From contig CAZZLF010000001.1 in the NCBI GenBank assembly GCA_964654965.1, forward strand, positions 1-35,424: a stretch of DNA of 35,424 nt, given 5' to 3'. The translations under genes and the position numbers were made by a program. Below, piece after piece: positions 8,023-16,548 of this stretch; the stretch's first letter is position 1; the number at the start of each line of letters is the position of its first letter. The notes under the pieces are model-generated. The model ran no database searches. It saw only the letters and a program-made list of their open reading frames with translations, and was not told where the DNA came from. Source of the stretch: an uncultured Bdellovibrio sp. (GTDB lineage: Bacteria; Bdellovibrionota; UBA1018; CAIMNF01).

Positions 8023-8997
8023 GTGAGCAAAGAAATACTTCTTTACGGCGGTATAAACACATGGTCGGCAGAGGACTTCATTAACCAAATGGAAGCCTAC
8101 AAAGACAGTGATGTATGCGTGCGCATGAACTGCCCAGGAGGCTCTGTTTACGATGCTTACGGCATGTATGCGAAGTACGCCGAACACCCAAAAACAAAGA
8201 AGATAAAGGTAGACGGTCAGGCTAAGAGTGGCGGGTGCTTTTTCTTATTCTATGCTAATGATGTAACGTGTCTTGATGTTACTGATTTTATGCTTCATCG
8301 TGCGGCTTTCCCGTCTTGGCTGGAAAATGATAAAGAGGCGTTTACTGAAGAAATGAAGGCTCAGCTTGCAAAGATGAATAACTCATTGAGAGCGGCTGTA
8401 GAAGCTAAAGTTTCATCGGCAAGGTTTGCAGCTATAACTGGTGTTTCTCTTGATGACGTATTCAGTTTAGATAAGCGTGTTGACGTGAATTTTAACGCAC
8501 AACAGGCGCTGCAAATGGGATTGGTAAGCAAGATTATCCCGCTTACATCTGACATCAAAAAAGAAATTGACGCATTGGCTTCATCGTATGGTGTAGCGGC
8601 GTTTAGTAAAGAACCAAAAATAAATCAACCTAAAAATACGGTTATGACAACAGCGGAAATTAAATCACAGTTCCCAGAGGCTTATAATGAAATACTTGCG
8701 GCAGGTGCTGCGGCTGAAAAAACCCGTGTAAACGCATGGATGAAATTCATGGACATTGACGCAAAGGCTACCAAAGAAGGTATTGCATCCGGCGCAAGTG
8801 TTGATATGGAAGTAATGGCAGAAATGACCGTAAAGGCTGTAAGCAATAAGCAGGTATCAAATCTGCAAGAGGACAGCGCAAAGCCTGTAGCTACGCCCGA
8901 CACTAACGCTCCAAAAGAAGAACCAAAGACTGAAAAGCAGGCAACGTTTGAATCGCTTGTTGCTGAAGGTCTTGAAGCACTTGGCTTGAAAAACTAA
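8023..8997 (+). CDS. Prohead protease (ClpP / S14 family) with a C-terminal scaffold-like domain
   Basis: GTG start. LYGGINTWSAEDFINQM..NCPGGSVYDAYGMY..GQAKSGG is ClpP-like. The Ala/Glu/Lys-rich C-terminal third is like lambda C/Nu3. Confidence 0.8.
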   Translation: MSKEILLYGGINTWSAEDFINQMEAYKDSDVCVRMNCPGGSVYDAYGMYAKYAEHPKTKKIKVDGQAKSGGCFFLFYANDVTCLDVTDFMLHRAAFPSWLENDKEAFTEEMKAQLAKMNNSLRAAVEAKVSSARFAAITGVSLDDVFSLDKRVDVNFNAQQALQMGLVSKIIPLTSDIKKEIDALASSYGVAAFSKEPKINQPKNTVMTTAEIKSQFPEAYNEILAAGAAAEKTRVNAWMKFMDIDAKATKEGIASGASVDMEVMAEMTVKAVSNKQVSNLQEDSAKPVATPDTNAPKEEPKTEKQATFESLVAEGLEALGLKN

Positions 8998-9024
8998 TTA
9001 ATCACAAAGTAAAAATTCACAATC

Positions 9025-9474
9025 ATGGGATTTGTTTCTCCAATACGTGTAACTAACTATAACACCGAAAACCTGTTTTATGGCTTCCCGCAGGCTTTCT
9101 TCAAAGATTTCACATACACCAATAGCACTGGTTCTACTGTGGAATTGACGCAAGGCCGTTTGATGGGTCAGGTGTTATCAACCGCAAAGGTGTTGCCACA
9201 AGTGTCATCTGCAACAGATGGCAGCGAAATGCCTATCGGTATTCTCGGCCATTCCATATCTGTTGCTGATGGCGATACTGTTACGCTATCCATTTGCATT
9301 GAAGGCAAGGTAAACCAAAACCTTTTGATACTTGCTAATGGCGATACGCTGAATACTCCGGTTCGCACAGTGTCAACTGGCGGTGGTACAATTGGTGCGC
9401 TGATTGAAAGGAACACTCAAATCGTTCTTGTGCCAACAGAGCAGAACAGTAATTACGATAACGCAATTTCCTAA
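9025..9474 (+). CDS. Head decoration protein, lambda gpD-like
   Basis: DGSEMPIGILGHSISVADGDTVTLSICIEGKV parallels gpD [27 protein letters not shown]. It sits between the protease and capsid genes. Confidence 0.6.
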   Translation: MGFVSPIRVTNYNTENLFYGFPQAFFKDFTYTNSTGSTVELTQGRLMGQVLSTAKVLPQVSSATDGSEMPIGILGHSISVADGDTVTLSICIEGKVNQNLLILANGDTLNTPVRTVSTGGGTIGALIERNTQIVLVPTEQNSNYDNAIS

Positions 9475-9498
9475 CACTAAAATTCACAACATCCCAAT

Positions 9499-10572
9499 AT
9501 GGCTACAATAATTCCAGCTTCGGAGATAAAACCATTATACACCACCCTCTTTGCGGCTAAGTATAATGAGTTCACTAAAATAAGGGCTACGGGCTTTCTT
9601 CGCTCGATGTTTAAAGACCTCGTGACTAAGGTTCTTTACCCTTCGTACAATGTTAGGCGTGGTACTGAAAAAATTGCTCCGAACGTAATGTTAGGCAGCC
9701 AGGGACGCAGGACAGAGTTAACAAAAAGCACTCAAAAACTGCTTGACCTGTTTTATTTCAGGTTGTATTTCGGCACAACAGGTATGGACGCTTACTGGAA
9801 CCTTTTTGGCAGCGAAGCCCCAACAATGAACATGATGATTGACTTTGTAGATTCCATCATGGAAAACTACAAGGTTAACCAAGACCAGATAGAAAGGGCT
9901 TACGAATACATGTGTGCGCAGATTCTTATCAACGGTACATGCTCTAACCCATACTATCCTGACAACATCATAGACTTTGGTCGTAAAGCAGAATCTATGG
10001 TTAATCCGGGTGCGGGTAACTATTGGGACGTTGAAGGTGTTGACCCTTACGAACAGCTTGCCGCAGGTGGTACTTTCATCCGCCAGTACGGTAAATACAT
10101 GGGTGGCGTGTTCAACGTTATCATGGGCGAAAAAGCGTTTAATGACTTTCTGAACAACAGCGTAGTTAAACAGCGCAACGACCTGAAAATGTGGAAACTT
10201 GACGAACTGGTACAGCCTGAAATGAGGGTTGACGGCCAGGTGTACAAGGGTACAATTACGGCAGGTTCTTACGTTATGCACGTATGGACATATCCACAGT
10301 TCTACGAAAACCCAAGTGGTGAGTTAGTGCCATACATTGACGAAAACGTTGCTATTGTAGTGCCACCATCTCCTGACTTTGCACTTATATACGGTGCTTG
10401 CCCTCAGTTGGTATCTCCTACAACAAACACACCGCAGCTTATATCTGCTCCGTATGTATTCACTGACTACATCGACCAGTTAGGCCGTGAACACAGGTTC
10501 GATATTGAAAGCCGTGGTATGCCGGTTCCAATTGCAGTAGATACTATCTACACCCTGACAACAGGCGCATAA
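9499..10572 (+). CDS. Major capsid protein, lambda gpE family
   Basis: 357 aa. VYKGTITAGSYVMHVWTYPQFYENPSGELVPYIDENVAIVV parallels gpE SYKGMYGDVAIVVYSGQYVENGVKKNFLPDNTMVL. A strong terminator follows. Confidence 0.8.
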   Translation: MATIIPASEIKPLYTTLFAAKYNEFTKIRATGFLRSMFKDLVTKVLYPSYNVRRGTEKIAPNVMLGSQGRRTELTKSTQKLLDLFYFRLYFGTTGMDAYWNLFGSEAPTMNMMIDFVDSIMENYKVNQDQIERAYEYMCAQILINGTCSNPYYPDNIIDFGRKAESMVNPGAGNYWDVEGVDPYEQLAAGGTFIRQYGKYMGGVFNVIMGEKAFNDFLNNSVVKQRNDLKMWKLDELVQPEMRVDGQVYKGTITAGSYVMHVWTYPQFYENPSGELVPYIDENVAIVVPPSPDFALIYGACPQLVSPTTNTPQLISAPYVFTDYIDQLGREHRFDIESRGMPVPIAVDTIYTLTTGA

Positions 10573-10598
10573 TAATACCAATCATATTTCGTAAAAAG

Positions 10599-10628
10599 AA
10601 AAGCCGTACCGCATAGGGCGGCTTTTTT
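10599..10628 (+). terminator. Intrinsic terminator after the capsid gene
   Basis: AAAAGCCG (10599-10606) pairs with CGGCTTTT (10619-10626), and the T run extends to 10628. Confidence 0.6.
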
Positions 10629-10640
10629 AAAATAACACAA

Positions 10641-10826
10641 ATGGCACAGTACAAAATATTATCAGAATCGGTTACAGGCAAAGGCCGTAACACGTTCCTT
10701 AAAGATGCTATTGTTGACGAAAGCAAGCTGAAAAACATAGCAGAACTGGAAAGCGAAAAGGCTATTGAGAAAGTAGCTGAAGTATCAACAGAAAAACAAA
10801 AAGGAGGTAAAAATGCCACAGTATAA
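10641..10826 (+). CDS. Small hypothetical virion-module protein, paralog 1
   Basis: 61 aa. The N-terminus MAQYKILSESVTG..DAIVDE..NIAEL aligns with the N-terminus of the next ORF. Confidence 0.5.
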   Translation: MAQYKILSESVTGKGRNTFLKDAIVDESKLKNIAELESEKAIEKVAEVSTEKQKGGKNATV

Positions 10827-11145
10827 AGTAATAGCCGGACATTGCGTAGGTATTCGCAAGGTATTCAAATATGGTGATGTTATCACCGAACTCGACGTAA
10901 GGAACATTAGCGCTGCACTGCGTGGTAAGTTTGTTGAACAAATCGACGGTGATGTTTCATTACCTGTAGCTTTTGAAGTGCCTGCTCCTGTACCAGATAA
11001 AGCAGATAGCGCCGATGACGCAACAAAGGAACCACTTGTTAAAGTGTTTGAAGAAAAGGTAAATGAAATACCTGTTGATGTGGTTGTTGAACAGCCGGGC
11101 AGCTTTAAAGTTGATAACGCAGGTAACAAAAGAAAAGGTAAATAA
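10813..11145 (+). CDS. Small hypothetical virion-module protein, paralog 2
   Basis: 110 aa. MPQYKVIAGHCVG..DVITE..NISAAL. AGGAGG (10802-10807) lies 5 nt upstream of its start. It overlaps paralog 1 by 14 nt. Confidence 0.55.
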   Translation: MPQYKVIAGHCVGIRKVFKYGDVITELDVRNISAALRGKFVEQIDGDVSLPVAFEVPAPVPDKADSADDATKEPLVKVFEEKVNEIPVDVVVEQPGSFKVDNAGNKRKGK

Positions 11146-11528
11146 TGGACTTACTGACAGCGGCACGTAACCTAACAAATAAAGTGTTGACCAGCGCAAG
11201 CGCTTTCAATACCGATATTGTTTTTACGTCCGCTGATGGTGAAACAACCGTTACAATCAAAGGGCTTGCGGTAAAGCATAACCTGAAGTTTGACGAATAT
11301 GGAACGCCTGTAAGTTCTAAGACAGCAAGGATAACAGTTAGTGAAAAGGCACTTACAAACGTTGATTTCCCTGTTAGGAATGATAACAATGAAGTGTACT
11401 TAAATAACTGCCTTGTAACGTGGACTGACAGCGCAAACATTGAATGGACGTACATCATAAACGTTGCACATCCTGACGAAACATTAGGTAATATCCTTTG
11501 CCAAATATCTGATTACATACCTTCATAA
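11145..11528 (+). CDS. Head-tail joining / head completion protein (Phage_H_T_join-like)
   Basis: 127 aa. The size, position after the capsid gene and the pattern (ITVSEKAL...NCLVTWTDS..WTYIINVAHPDETLG) fit this family. TAATG overlap with the upstream gene. Confidence 0.4.
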   Translation: MDLLTAARNLTNKVLTSASAFNTDIVFTSADGETTVTIKGLAVKHNLKFDEYGTPVSSKTARITVSEKALTNVDFPVRNDNNEVYLNNCLVTWTDSANIEWTYIINVAHPDETLGNILCQISDYIPS

Positions 11529-12130
11529 TGGCAGCACAACTACCTCTCATATCGCCTCAGAATTACGAAGTTATCCGAAACAAGATAAAAACAATCTTGC
11601 TGGAGGAACTTACGCAACAAGCGGTATTAGACAACACGTTTACTGCTCCTTCTGATGTGTACATTGAAAGGTTTTACGCCTTTGATAAACAGGAATTACC
11701 AGCTGTTAACGTGTGCTTTTACAGCGGCGACTATGACAATAAAAATCAGACGTTTGTTTTTGGTGAGTACATGTTTTACATTGACTGTTACACTAATAGC
11801 AATACCATAGGCGCTGACAGAGGCGATAAACTGGCGCAAATAAAGCTATTGAAGCTAATAGGTAAGATAAGGGCAATACTCGAAGCGCCTGTCTATAAAA
11901 CGCTTTCTATTGCTCCTGGTGCTATCAAAAGAACGGCAGTAAAGCACATAAGGATAATTTATAAAGAGCAAGACCCAACAGCATTAAATGACATTTGCGG
12001 AAGGGTTTATTTCAGTGTTACTTCCGACGAAACAGTTCCATTGATAACACCTGAAGAACTTGAATTATGGTCGTCAAAAGCTACAATTGAAGAAACAGGA
12101 TTAGGGTATTTAACATCTAACATAACATAA
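11528..12130 (+). CDS. Hypothetical virion protein
   Basis: 200 aa, start coupled to the upstream stop, in the late operon. No motif recognised. Confidence 0.55.
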   Translation: MAAQLPLISPQNYEVIRNKIKTILLEELTQQAVLDNTFTAPSDVYIERFYAFDKQELPAVNVCFYSGDYDNKNQTFVFGEYMFYIDCYTNSNTIGADRGDKLAQIKLLKLIGKIRAILEAPVYKTLSIAPGAIKRTAVKHIRIIYKEQDPTALNDICGRVYFSVTSDETVPLITPEELELWSSKATIEETGLGYLTSNIT

Positions 12131-12135
12131 TAACT

Positions 12136-12771
12136 ATGTCAGCAATATACACCATACAAGCACTCAGCAATGGAGTGGCAAGAATAACAACAGGTAGCGG
12201 TCGCATTTGGTCTACTACATCAAGTGCGTCAGTACTATACAATACATCAAATGCAACATTTACTATATCATTTGATGGTATATCATTAGTGATGACCGCT
12301 GAGCAAATAGACAATATTGGCGGTTCGTCACCTGACCCTGAACCGTACGTTTGCATTAATCAAATACTCGCTTGTTTCCCAAAAGTAGGCAGTGTACAAA
12401 ACAGCACTACCGAATTAGTTAGGTTTGAGTTTACAGAGGGGAGCGAAGGGACTTTTGGGCCATTTTCTAACCCGTTCAACAGTGGCGCTTATTTAACATA
12501 TGCGATTACAGGTATTGTTAATAGCCCTCAAATTGACGTATCGTTGAAAATATACGATTCGTATTCAGACAGCTATATTAACGTTGGTTCTATCGGTTCA
12601 GCAACCGGGTCTTTATCTGGTGGCGTTGTTTACTTAGGCGCTACATCAGTAGGTGATTTTACAGGGGCATTATCAGCTAAATTACCTGACAATTTTTATT
12701 TGCATTTAGTGAACAATGGAGATGCTGGAAGTGCTGGACAAATTGTAATAACAGCTAACTACTTAGTATAA
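12136..12771 (+). CDS. Hypothetical virion protein (Ser/Thr/Gly-rich, beta-type)
   Basis: 211 aa, late operon. The composition is typical of tail or fibre proteins. Confidence 0.5.
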   Translation: MSAIYTIQALSNGVARITTGSGRIWSTTSSASVLYNTSNATFTISFDGISLVMTAEQIDNIGGSSPDPEPYVCINQILACFPKVGSVQNSTTELVRFEFTEGSEGTFGPFSNPFNSGAYLTYAITGIVNSPQIDVSLKIYDSYSDSYINVGSIGSATGSLSGGVVYLGATSVGDFTGALSAKLPDNFYLHLVNNGDAGSAGQIVITANYLV

Positions 12772-13436
12772 TGGCAGGCGTAAAATTCAGTCAGATACCC
12801 AATGGGGCTTCGATAACATCTACAACGTATTTTATTGCGGCTGTGGATGTTTCCGGCGTATGGAATAACACGGGCAACAAGTTTACCATATCGCAGATAA
12901 AAACTGCGGTAATGCCAAACCTTAATGAAGTGCTTAATAAAGGTGCAACAAGCGACCAAACCCTTACGCTTGAAAATAGCGGTCAAAAATCATTTCTAAG
13001 TGCAAACGGGTTGGGTGTTTATTACTCAAATGCTCCAAGAGCTGCATTGGTTTGCGACGGTTCAGGTGCTTTCGGTTATGTGCAATTCAGGTACAACACA
13101 CGTAGCGCTACCATCCAGCCGTCATCTTCTATGTCGGGTAATGTGGTGCTTACTATGGGTAACACTACAGGAACAATAGCAATAACGGCGGATATTGACG
13201 CAGCGGTAAAAAAGGCTACTGTGACATTAGTTGCGGGGGTAGCTACGATAAGTGATGCAGCGGTAAGCACTAATACAATAGCGGCTGCACCAAGTATATC
13301 TGTTATAGGTGGTACTGTTGGGGCATACTATGTAATCACATACGCTTCAGGCACTATCACCATTACCAGCAAAACGGCATTAGGCGTAACACAAACACTC
13401 GATACTTCAACATTAAAACTCATTTACAAACCATAA
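12771..13436 (+). CDS. Putative tail fibre / receptor-binding protein
   Basis: The N-terminus MAGVKFSQIPNGASITSTTYFIAAVD....KFTISQIK resembles conserved fibre N-terminal adaptor segments. The rest is Thr/Ala/Gly-rich. Confidence 0.4.
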   Translation: MAGVKFSQIPNGASITSTTYFIAAVDVSGVWNNTGNKFTISQIKTAVMPNLNEVLNKGATSDQTLTLENSGQKSFLSANGLGVYYSNAPRAALVCDGSGAFGYVQFRYNTRSATIQPSSSMSGNVVLTMGNTTGTIAITADIDAAVKKATVTLVAGVATISDAAVSTNTIAAAPSISVIGGTVGAYYVITYASGTITITSKTALGVTQTLDTSTLKLIYKP

Positions 13437-13438
13437 TT

Positions 13439-13705
13439 ATGCACTACATATTTGAGCCAAGAGCATTTACGGATACCGTTACGAGCATTAACGGAGACCC
13501 TGTTGCGCCGGGTACAAAGGTCATAGACCTGCCATTGCTCATTGATATTACCGAAGAACAGTACATGGGATTGCCAGTGTGGTACACAACTGAAGTGTAC
13601 AATGTAAAATGCACTGATGCCAATAACGTAAGCTACTTTGTAGGAGTAAGGCCACCACGTAAACCACCAATAAGGACATGTCCGCCAGAACCGACAAACG
13701 CATAA
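13439..13705 (+). CDS. Hypothetical protein
   Basis: 88 aa, between the fibre-like gene and the membrane proteins. Confidence 0.45.
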   Translation: MHYIFEPRAFTDTVTSINGDPVAPGTKVIDLPLLIDITEEQYMGLPVWYTTEVYNVKCTDANNVSYFVGVRPPRKPPIRTCPPEPTNA

Positions 13706-14025
13706 CATTTGTTATAGTGACAACAATAGTTGTGGTATTTGCCAGCAATTGCATTGTTCGGCAGATACCCAACGCTGCTTATTACTATGATAAAATAGAT
13801 GCGACTGATTGGTTACTGATTGCCGGGTTAATGGCCTACCTGACAAAACCGTTCAATAGAATTTCTTATTACACGTCGTGGTGGTTTGTTGGGATGACGT
13901 TTAATAACTCTGTTGATGAATGGACAGACAGGGCGATGATTTCAAGCCCTGTTGAATGGACATACGCTATTATAATTACGATAATATGGTTAGGGTACAT
14001 GTGGCAAGAACGCCGCCGAATATGA
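13678..14025 (+). CDS. Membrane protein (lysis-cassette associated)
   Basis: Several hydrophobic helices (FVIVTTIVVVFA, WLLIAGLMAYL, YAIIITIIWLGY). Confidence 0.5.
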   Translation: MSARTDKRITFVIVTTIVVVFASNCIVRQIPNAAYYYDKIDATDWLLIAGLMAYLTKPFNRISYYTSWWFVGMTFNNSVDEWTDRAMISSPVEWTYAIIITIIWLGYMWQERRRI

Positions 14026-14351
14026 AGAAAATGGAACATAGTTACTGGAATGACATATCGGAAGGGGTTGCAAAATTCGGTGCTATTATATTGTATTATT
14101 TTACACATTTATTTAGTAAAAGCATAAGTGGTGATAATAATATAATAGATGGGGTAAGACCTATAAATCCAGTAAGCATGTTGCTATTTTCATTGTGGGG
14201 TACGTTTACGTTTTTGGGGCATATTACAAAGGAGGCGTTAAGTGTTGACTTGGGCATACTTGCGGCTTCATTGGGTATAGTACACCGTTGCATGGAAATG
14301 TACAAAACGGGTAAGAGCTTTCTACCTACTAAAAAAAGAAAAAAAAAATAG
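14022..14351 (+). CDS. Holin-like membrane protein with a Lys-rich tail
   Basis: The preferred start is ATG 14022 (ATGA overlap with the upstream stop) rather than 13956. It has three hydrophobic segments and a basic C-terminus TKKRKKK. Confidence 0.45.
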   Translation: MKKMEHSYWNDISEGVAKFGAIILYYFTHLFSKSISGDNNIIDGVRPINPVSMLLFSLWGTFTFLGHITKEALSVDLGILAASLGIVHRCMEMYKTGKSFLPTKKRKKK

Positions 14352-14352
14352 T

Positions 14353-14691
14353 ATGAACTACAACGACGTTACCCTTTTAGGGTTAGGATTATTGGGGGTA
14401 TTGCTGCACTCCCTTGTTAAGATAAACAGCATAAAGAAAAGCGGCAAGGACATATCGTTTCAGGCGTATTTATCGGACGAGTGGGCTTCAATGCTTATAT
14501 CCGTTTTGGTAGTTGTTGTTGCGCTTGTATGCAAGAATGACGTGAAGCAACTGGAGGATGCTGGCAAGTGGTTGGGGCTTGGGTTTACGACACTTGGGTA
14601 CATGGGTCAGAGTGTGCTTGTGGCATTTATGGGTAAGGCTGAAAAGCGTCTGAATCAACTTACTGGCGAAGAACCAAAAACGACTGAATAA
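14353..14691 (+). CDS. Holin-like membrane protein
   Basis: 112 aa with three hydrophobic segments, upstream of the spanin-like and lysozyme genes. Confidence 0.45.
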   Translation: MNYNDVTLLGLGLLGVLLHSLVKINSIKKSGKDISFQAYLSDEWASMLISVLVVVVALVCKNDVKQLEDAGKWLGLGFTTLGYMGQSVLVAFMGKAEKRLNQLTGEEPKTTE

Positions 14692-15224
14692 TGATAGCAC
14701 AACCTGAATATCGAAACAACAAGCTATTTTATATTGTGATGCTTTGCGCTGTAGGTGTCGCATTCGCTGTAATAGCCACTATAACAGGATGCACCACTGC
14801 ACACAAGGCGACAAAGTACATGGTTAATCACAAGCCAGTAGGGGCTACATTCTGCTCTGTTAACTACCCATGTCAGGACAGCGTGCATGAAACGATACTT
14901 TACAAAGAGGGTGAGGTAGTGGTTAATACCGATACCGTTTACAACACCGATACCGTGACTGTTGACAATGTGAAGTACGTTACAAAGACAGTGTACCGTG
15001 ATGTGGTGAAAACACGGGTTGATACGGTTACTACATGGAAGGTGGCTTACCAGACGGATAAGGCGAAAGAAGCTGTGTTGCAGGGTCAGGCTGATTCATT
15101 GGTAACGGCCAATAAGACACTTAGCGGCAAGTACACGAATGCGAAAGCATGGATGGCTTACGGGTGGTTGAGCTTGCTTATCGTGGTGATTATAGGATTT
15201 ATAATGCGTTCTCTGAAAATATAG
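14691..15224 (+). CDS. Unimolecular spanin-like protein (N-terminal lipobox plus C-terminal TM helix)
   Basis: The signal and lipobox AVIATITGC sit at the N-terminus, and WLSLLIVVIIGFIM at the C-terminus. This architecture is like the T1 gp11-type u-spanin. Confidence 0.45.
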   Translation: MIAQPEYRNNKLFYIVMLCAVGVAFAVIATITGCTTAHKATKYMVNHKPVGATFCSVNYPCQDSVHETILYKEGEVVVNTDTVYNTDTVTVDNVKYVTKTVYRDVVKTRVDTVTTWKVAYQTDKAKEAVLQGQADSLVTANKTLSGKYTNAKAWMAYGWLSLLIVVIIGFIMRSLKI

Positions 15225-15227
15225 GTT

Positions 15228-15668
15228 ATGAAAATATCAGAAAAAGGCATTGCGTTGATATGCCAGTTTGAAGGCTTTAAGTCTAAGCCATACCAAGACG
15301 TGAAAGGTGTTTGGACTATAGGCTATGGCACGACTATCTACCCGAACGGTAACAGGGTAGCGGCTACTGATGCTGCAATTACAAACGAGCAGGGTATTGA
15401 ATACCTACGCCATCACGTAGATACGTTTGTTTCGGCTGAATTATCGGCACTGAATCTCAAACAGAATCAATACGATGCTTTGGCTTCATTTATCTATAAC
15501 TGTGGCGTAAATGCCTTTAGAACGTCAACACTGCGCAAAGATGTAATTAACGGGGCTACTCCTGCCAAAATAGAGGCTGATTTCATGCTGTGGAATAAGT
15601 CTGGTGGCAAGGTTGTAGATGGTCTTACTAATAGGCGTAAGGCTGAAGCTAAGTTGTATAATGCGTAA
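15228..15668 (+). CDS. Endolysin, glycoside hydrolase family 24 (T4 lysozyme-like)
   Basis: LICQFEGFKSKPYQDVKGVWTIGYGTT contains the Glu / Asp / Thr catalytic triad context of GH24. Confidence 0.9.
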   Translation: MKISEKGIALICQFEGFKSKPYQDVKGVWTIGYGTTIYPNGNRVAATDAAITNEQGIEYLRHHVDTFVSAELSALNLKQNQYDALASFIYNCGVNAFRTSTLRKDVINGATPAKIEADFMLWNKSGGKVVDGLTNRRKAEAKLYNA

Positions 15669-15767
15669 GCTACTACTACAGGCGTGCATAAGCTACGAAA
15701 ACGCCCTTGTTATGGCGTTGTGCGTAGTGGAAGGACTGATAATTCTTTTGTTGAGAGGTGAATAACG

Positions 15768-15793
15768 GCGGCTCTATTTAGGGTCGCTTTTTT
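15768..15793 (+). terminator. Intrinsic terminator closing the late operon
   Basis: GCGGCTC (15768-15774) pairs with GGGTCGC (15781-15787) using two G-U pairs, followed by a T6 tract. Confidence 0.5.
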
Positions 15794-16151
15794 ACATTTT
15801 TATATCCCACGGCTTGCCTGTGAGGATGTGGATTAGGTTCTGAAGCTGGTGGATGTACTGTATTTTATTTGCCACTAAAAAGAACCAACCTAACCCAGTG
15901 TTTACTCTCAATAATACACCATCATGAAATCCTATAGATACTCTAAGGTCAATGTGAATGTAAACTCCATCACCAGAATTACCAAACCCGCCCTTTTCGA
16001 GCAGTTCCGGCGTTATGGGGATGCCGGAGATTTCGGATAGACTGTAAGGCCCACCGTTACCCCAAACAAGGTTTGCGTTTACCATTTTTAACTGTATCTG
16101 ATTTTTATTGTACAGCACCCAGTTCCCCGGCGCTAATAGTTCGTTTGTCAT
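15792..16151 (-). CDS. Hypothetical protein
   Basis: 119 aa, the last gene of the leftward block. 4-nt overlap with the upstream gene. Confidence 0.55.
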   Translation of the reverse strand: MTNELLAPGNWVLYNKNQIQLKMVNANLVWGNGGPYSLSEISGIPITPELLEKGGFGNSGDGVYIHIDLRVSIGFHDGVLLRVNTGLGWFFLVANKIQYIHQLQNLIHILTGKPWDIKM

Positions 16152-16525
16152 TTTGTGGTCGGTTTAGATGTAAACAATAAATCATGTACTGCACCCCAAT
16201 CAATATAAGGTCGTGAATGCACTCCATGTATAAGCGGCGCACCTAATGCGGCATCGTCAATGTAAAGTTGAGCATAACATTTATTGCTCGTAGTCCATTC
16301 TTTCTGTGTCGGGTTAAATTGAATACCGTAAAGGGATATATCATTATTTTTGAACCAATCTACGGCATCTTGTAATTCTTTCCCTGAGCGCATTGTATAG
16401 AGTATTAGCTCATGCCCTTGTTTGCGTAGTTTCTTTAAAACAGGTACAGAGCCTATATCTTTGCCTACTTCTGGGTAATCGTGGGTGACGCATGTTCCGT
16501 CAAAATCGATTGCTATTGTCATCAT
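16148..16525 (-). CDS. HAD-superfamily phosphatase-like protein
   Basis: The N-terminal IAIDFDGTCV is the DxDxT motif. YTMRSG and YIDDAALG are the later HAD motifs. Confidence 0.6.
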   Translation of the reverse strand: MMTIAIDFDGTCVTHDYPEVGKDIGSVPVLKKLRKQGHELILYTMRSGKELQDAVDWFKNNDISLYGIQFNPTQKEWTTSNKCYAQLYIDDAALGAPLIHGVHSRPYIDWGAVHDLLFTSKPTTK

Positions 16526-16548
16526 TTCATTTTTGTGCCTTTCGGCGG

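Noticed and set aside
14926-14965. Short tandem repeat ataccgataccgt... within 14691-15224
   Set aside because: It encodes the in-frame peptide repeat NTDTVYNTDTVTV. This is an ordinary coding repeat, with no evidence of a regulatory role.
15700-15719. Hairpin AACGCC/GGCGTT as a minus-strand terminator for the early block
   Set aside because: The stem is only 6 bp and the U tract is poor (UUUUCG, partly within the stem). It may help convergent termination but is too weak to call.
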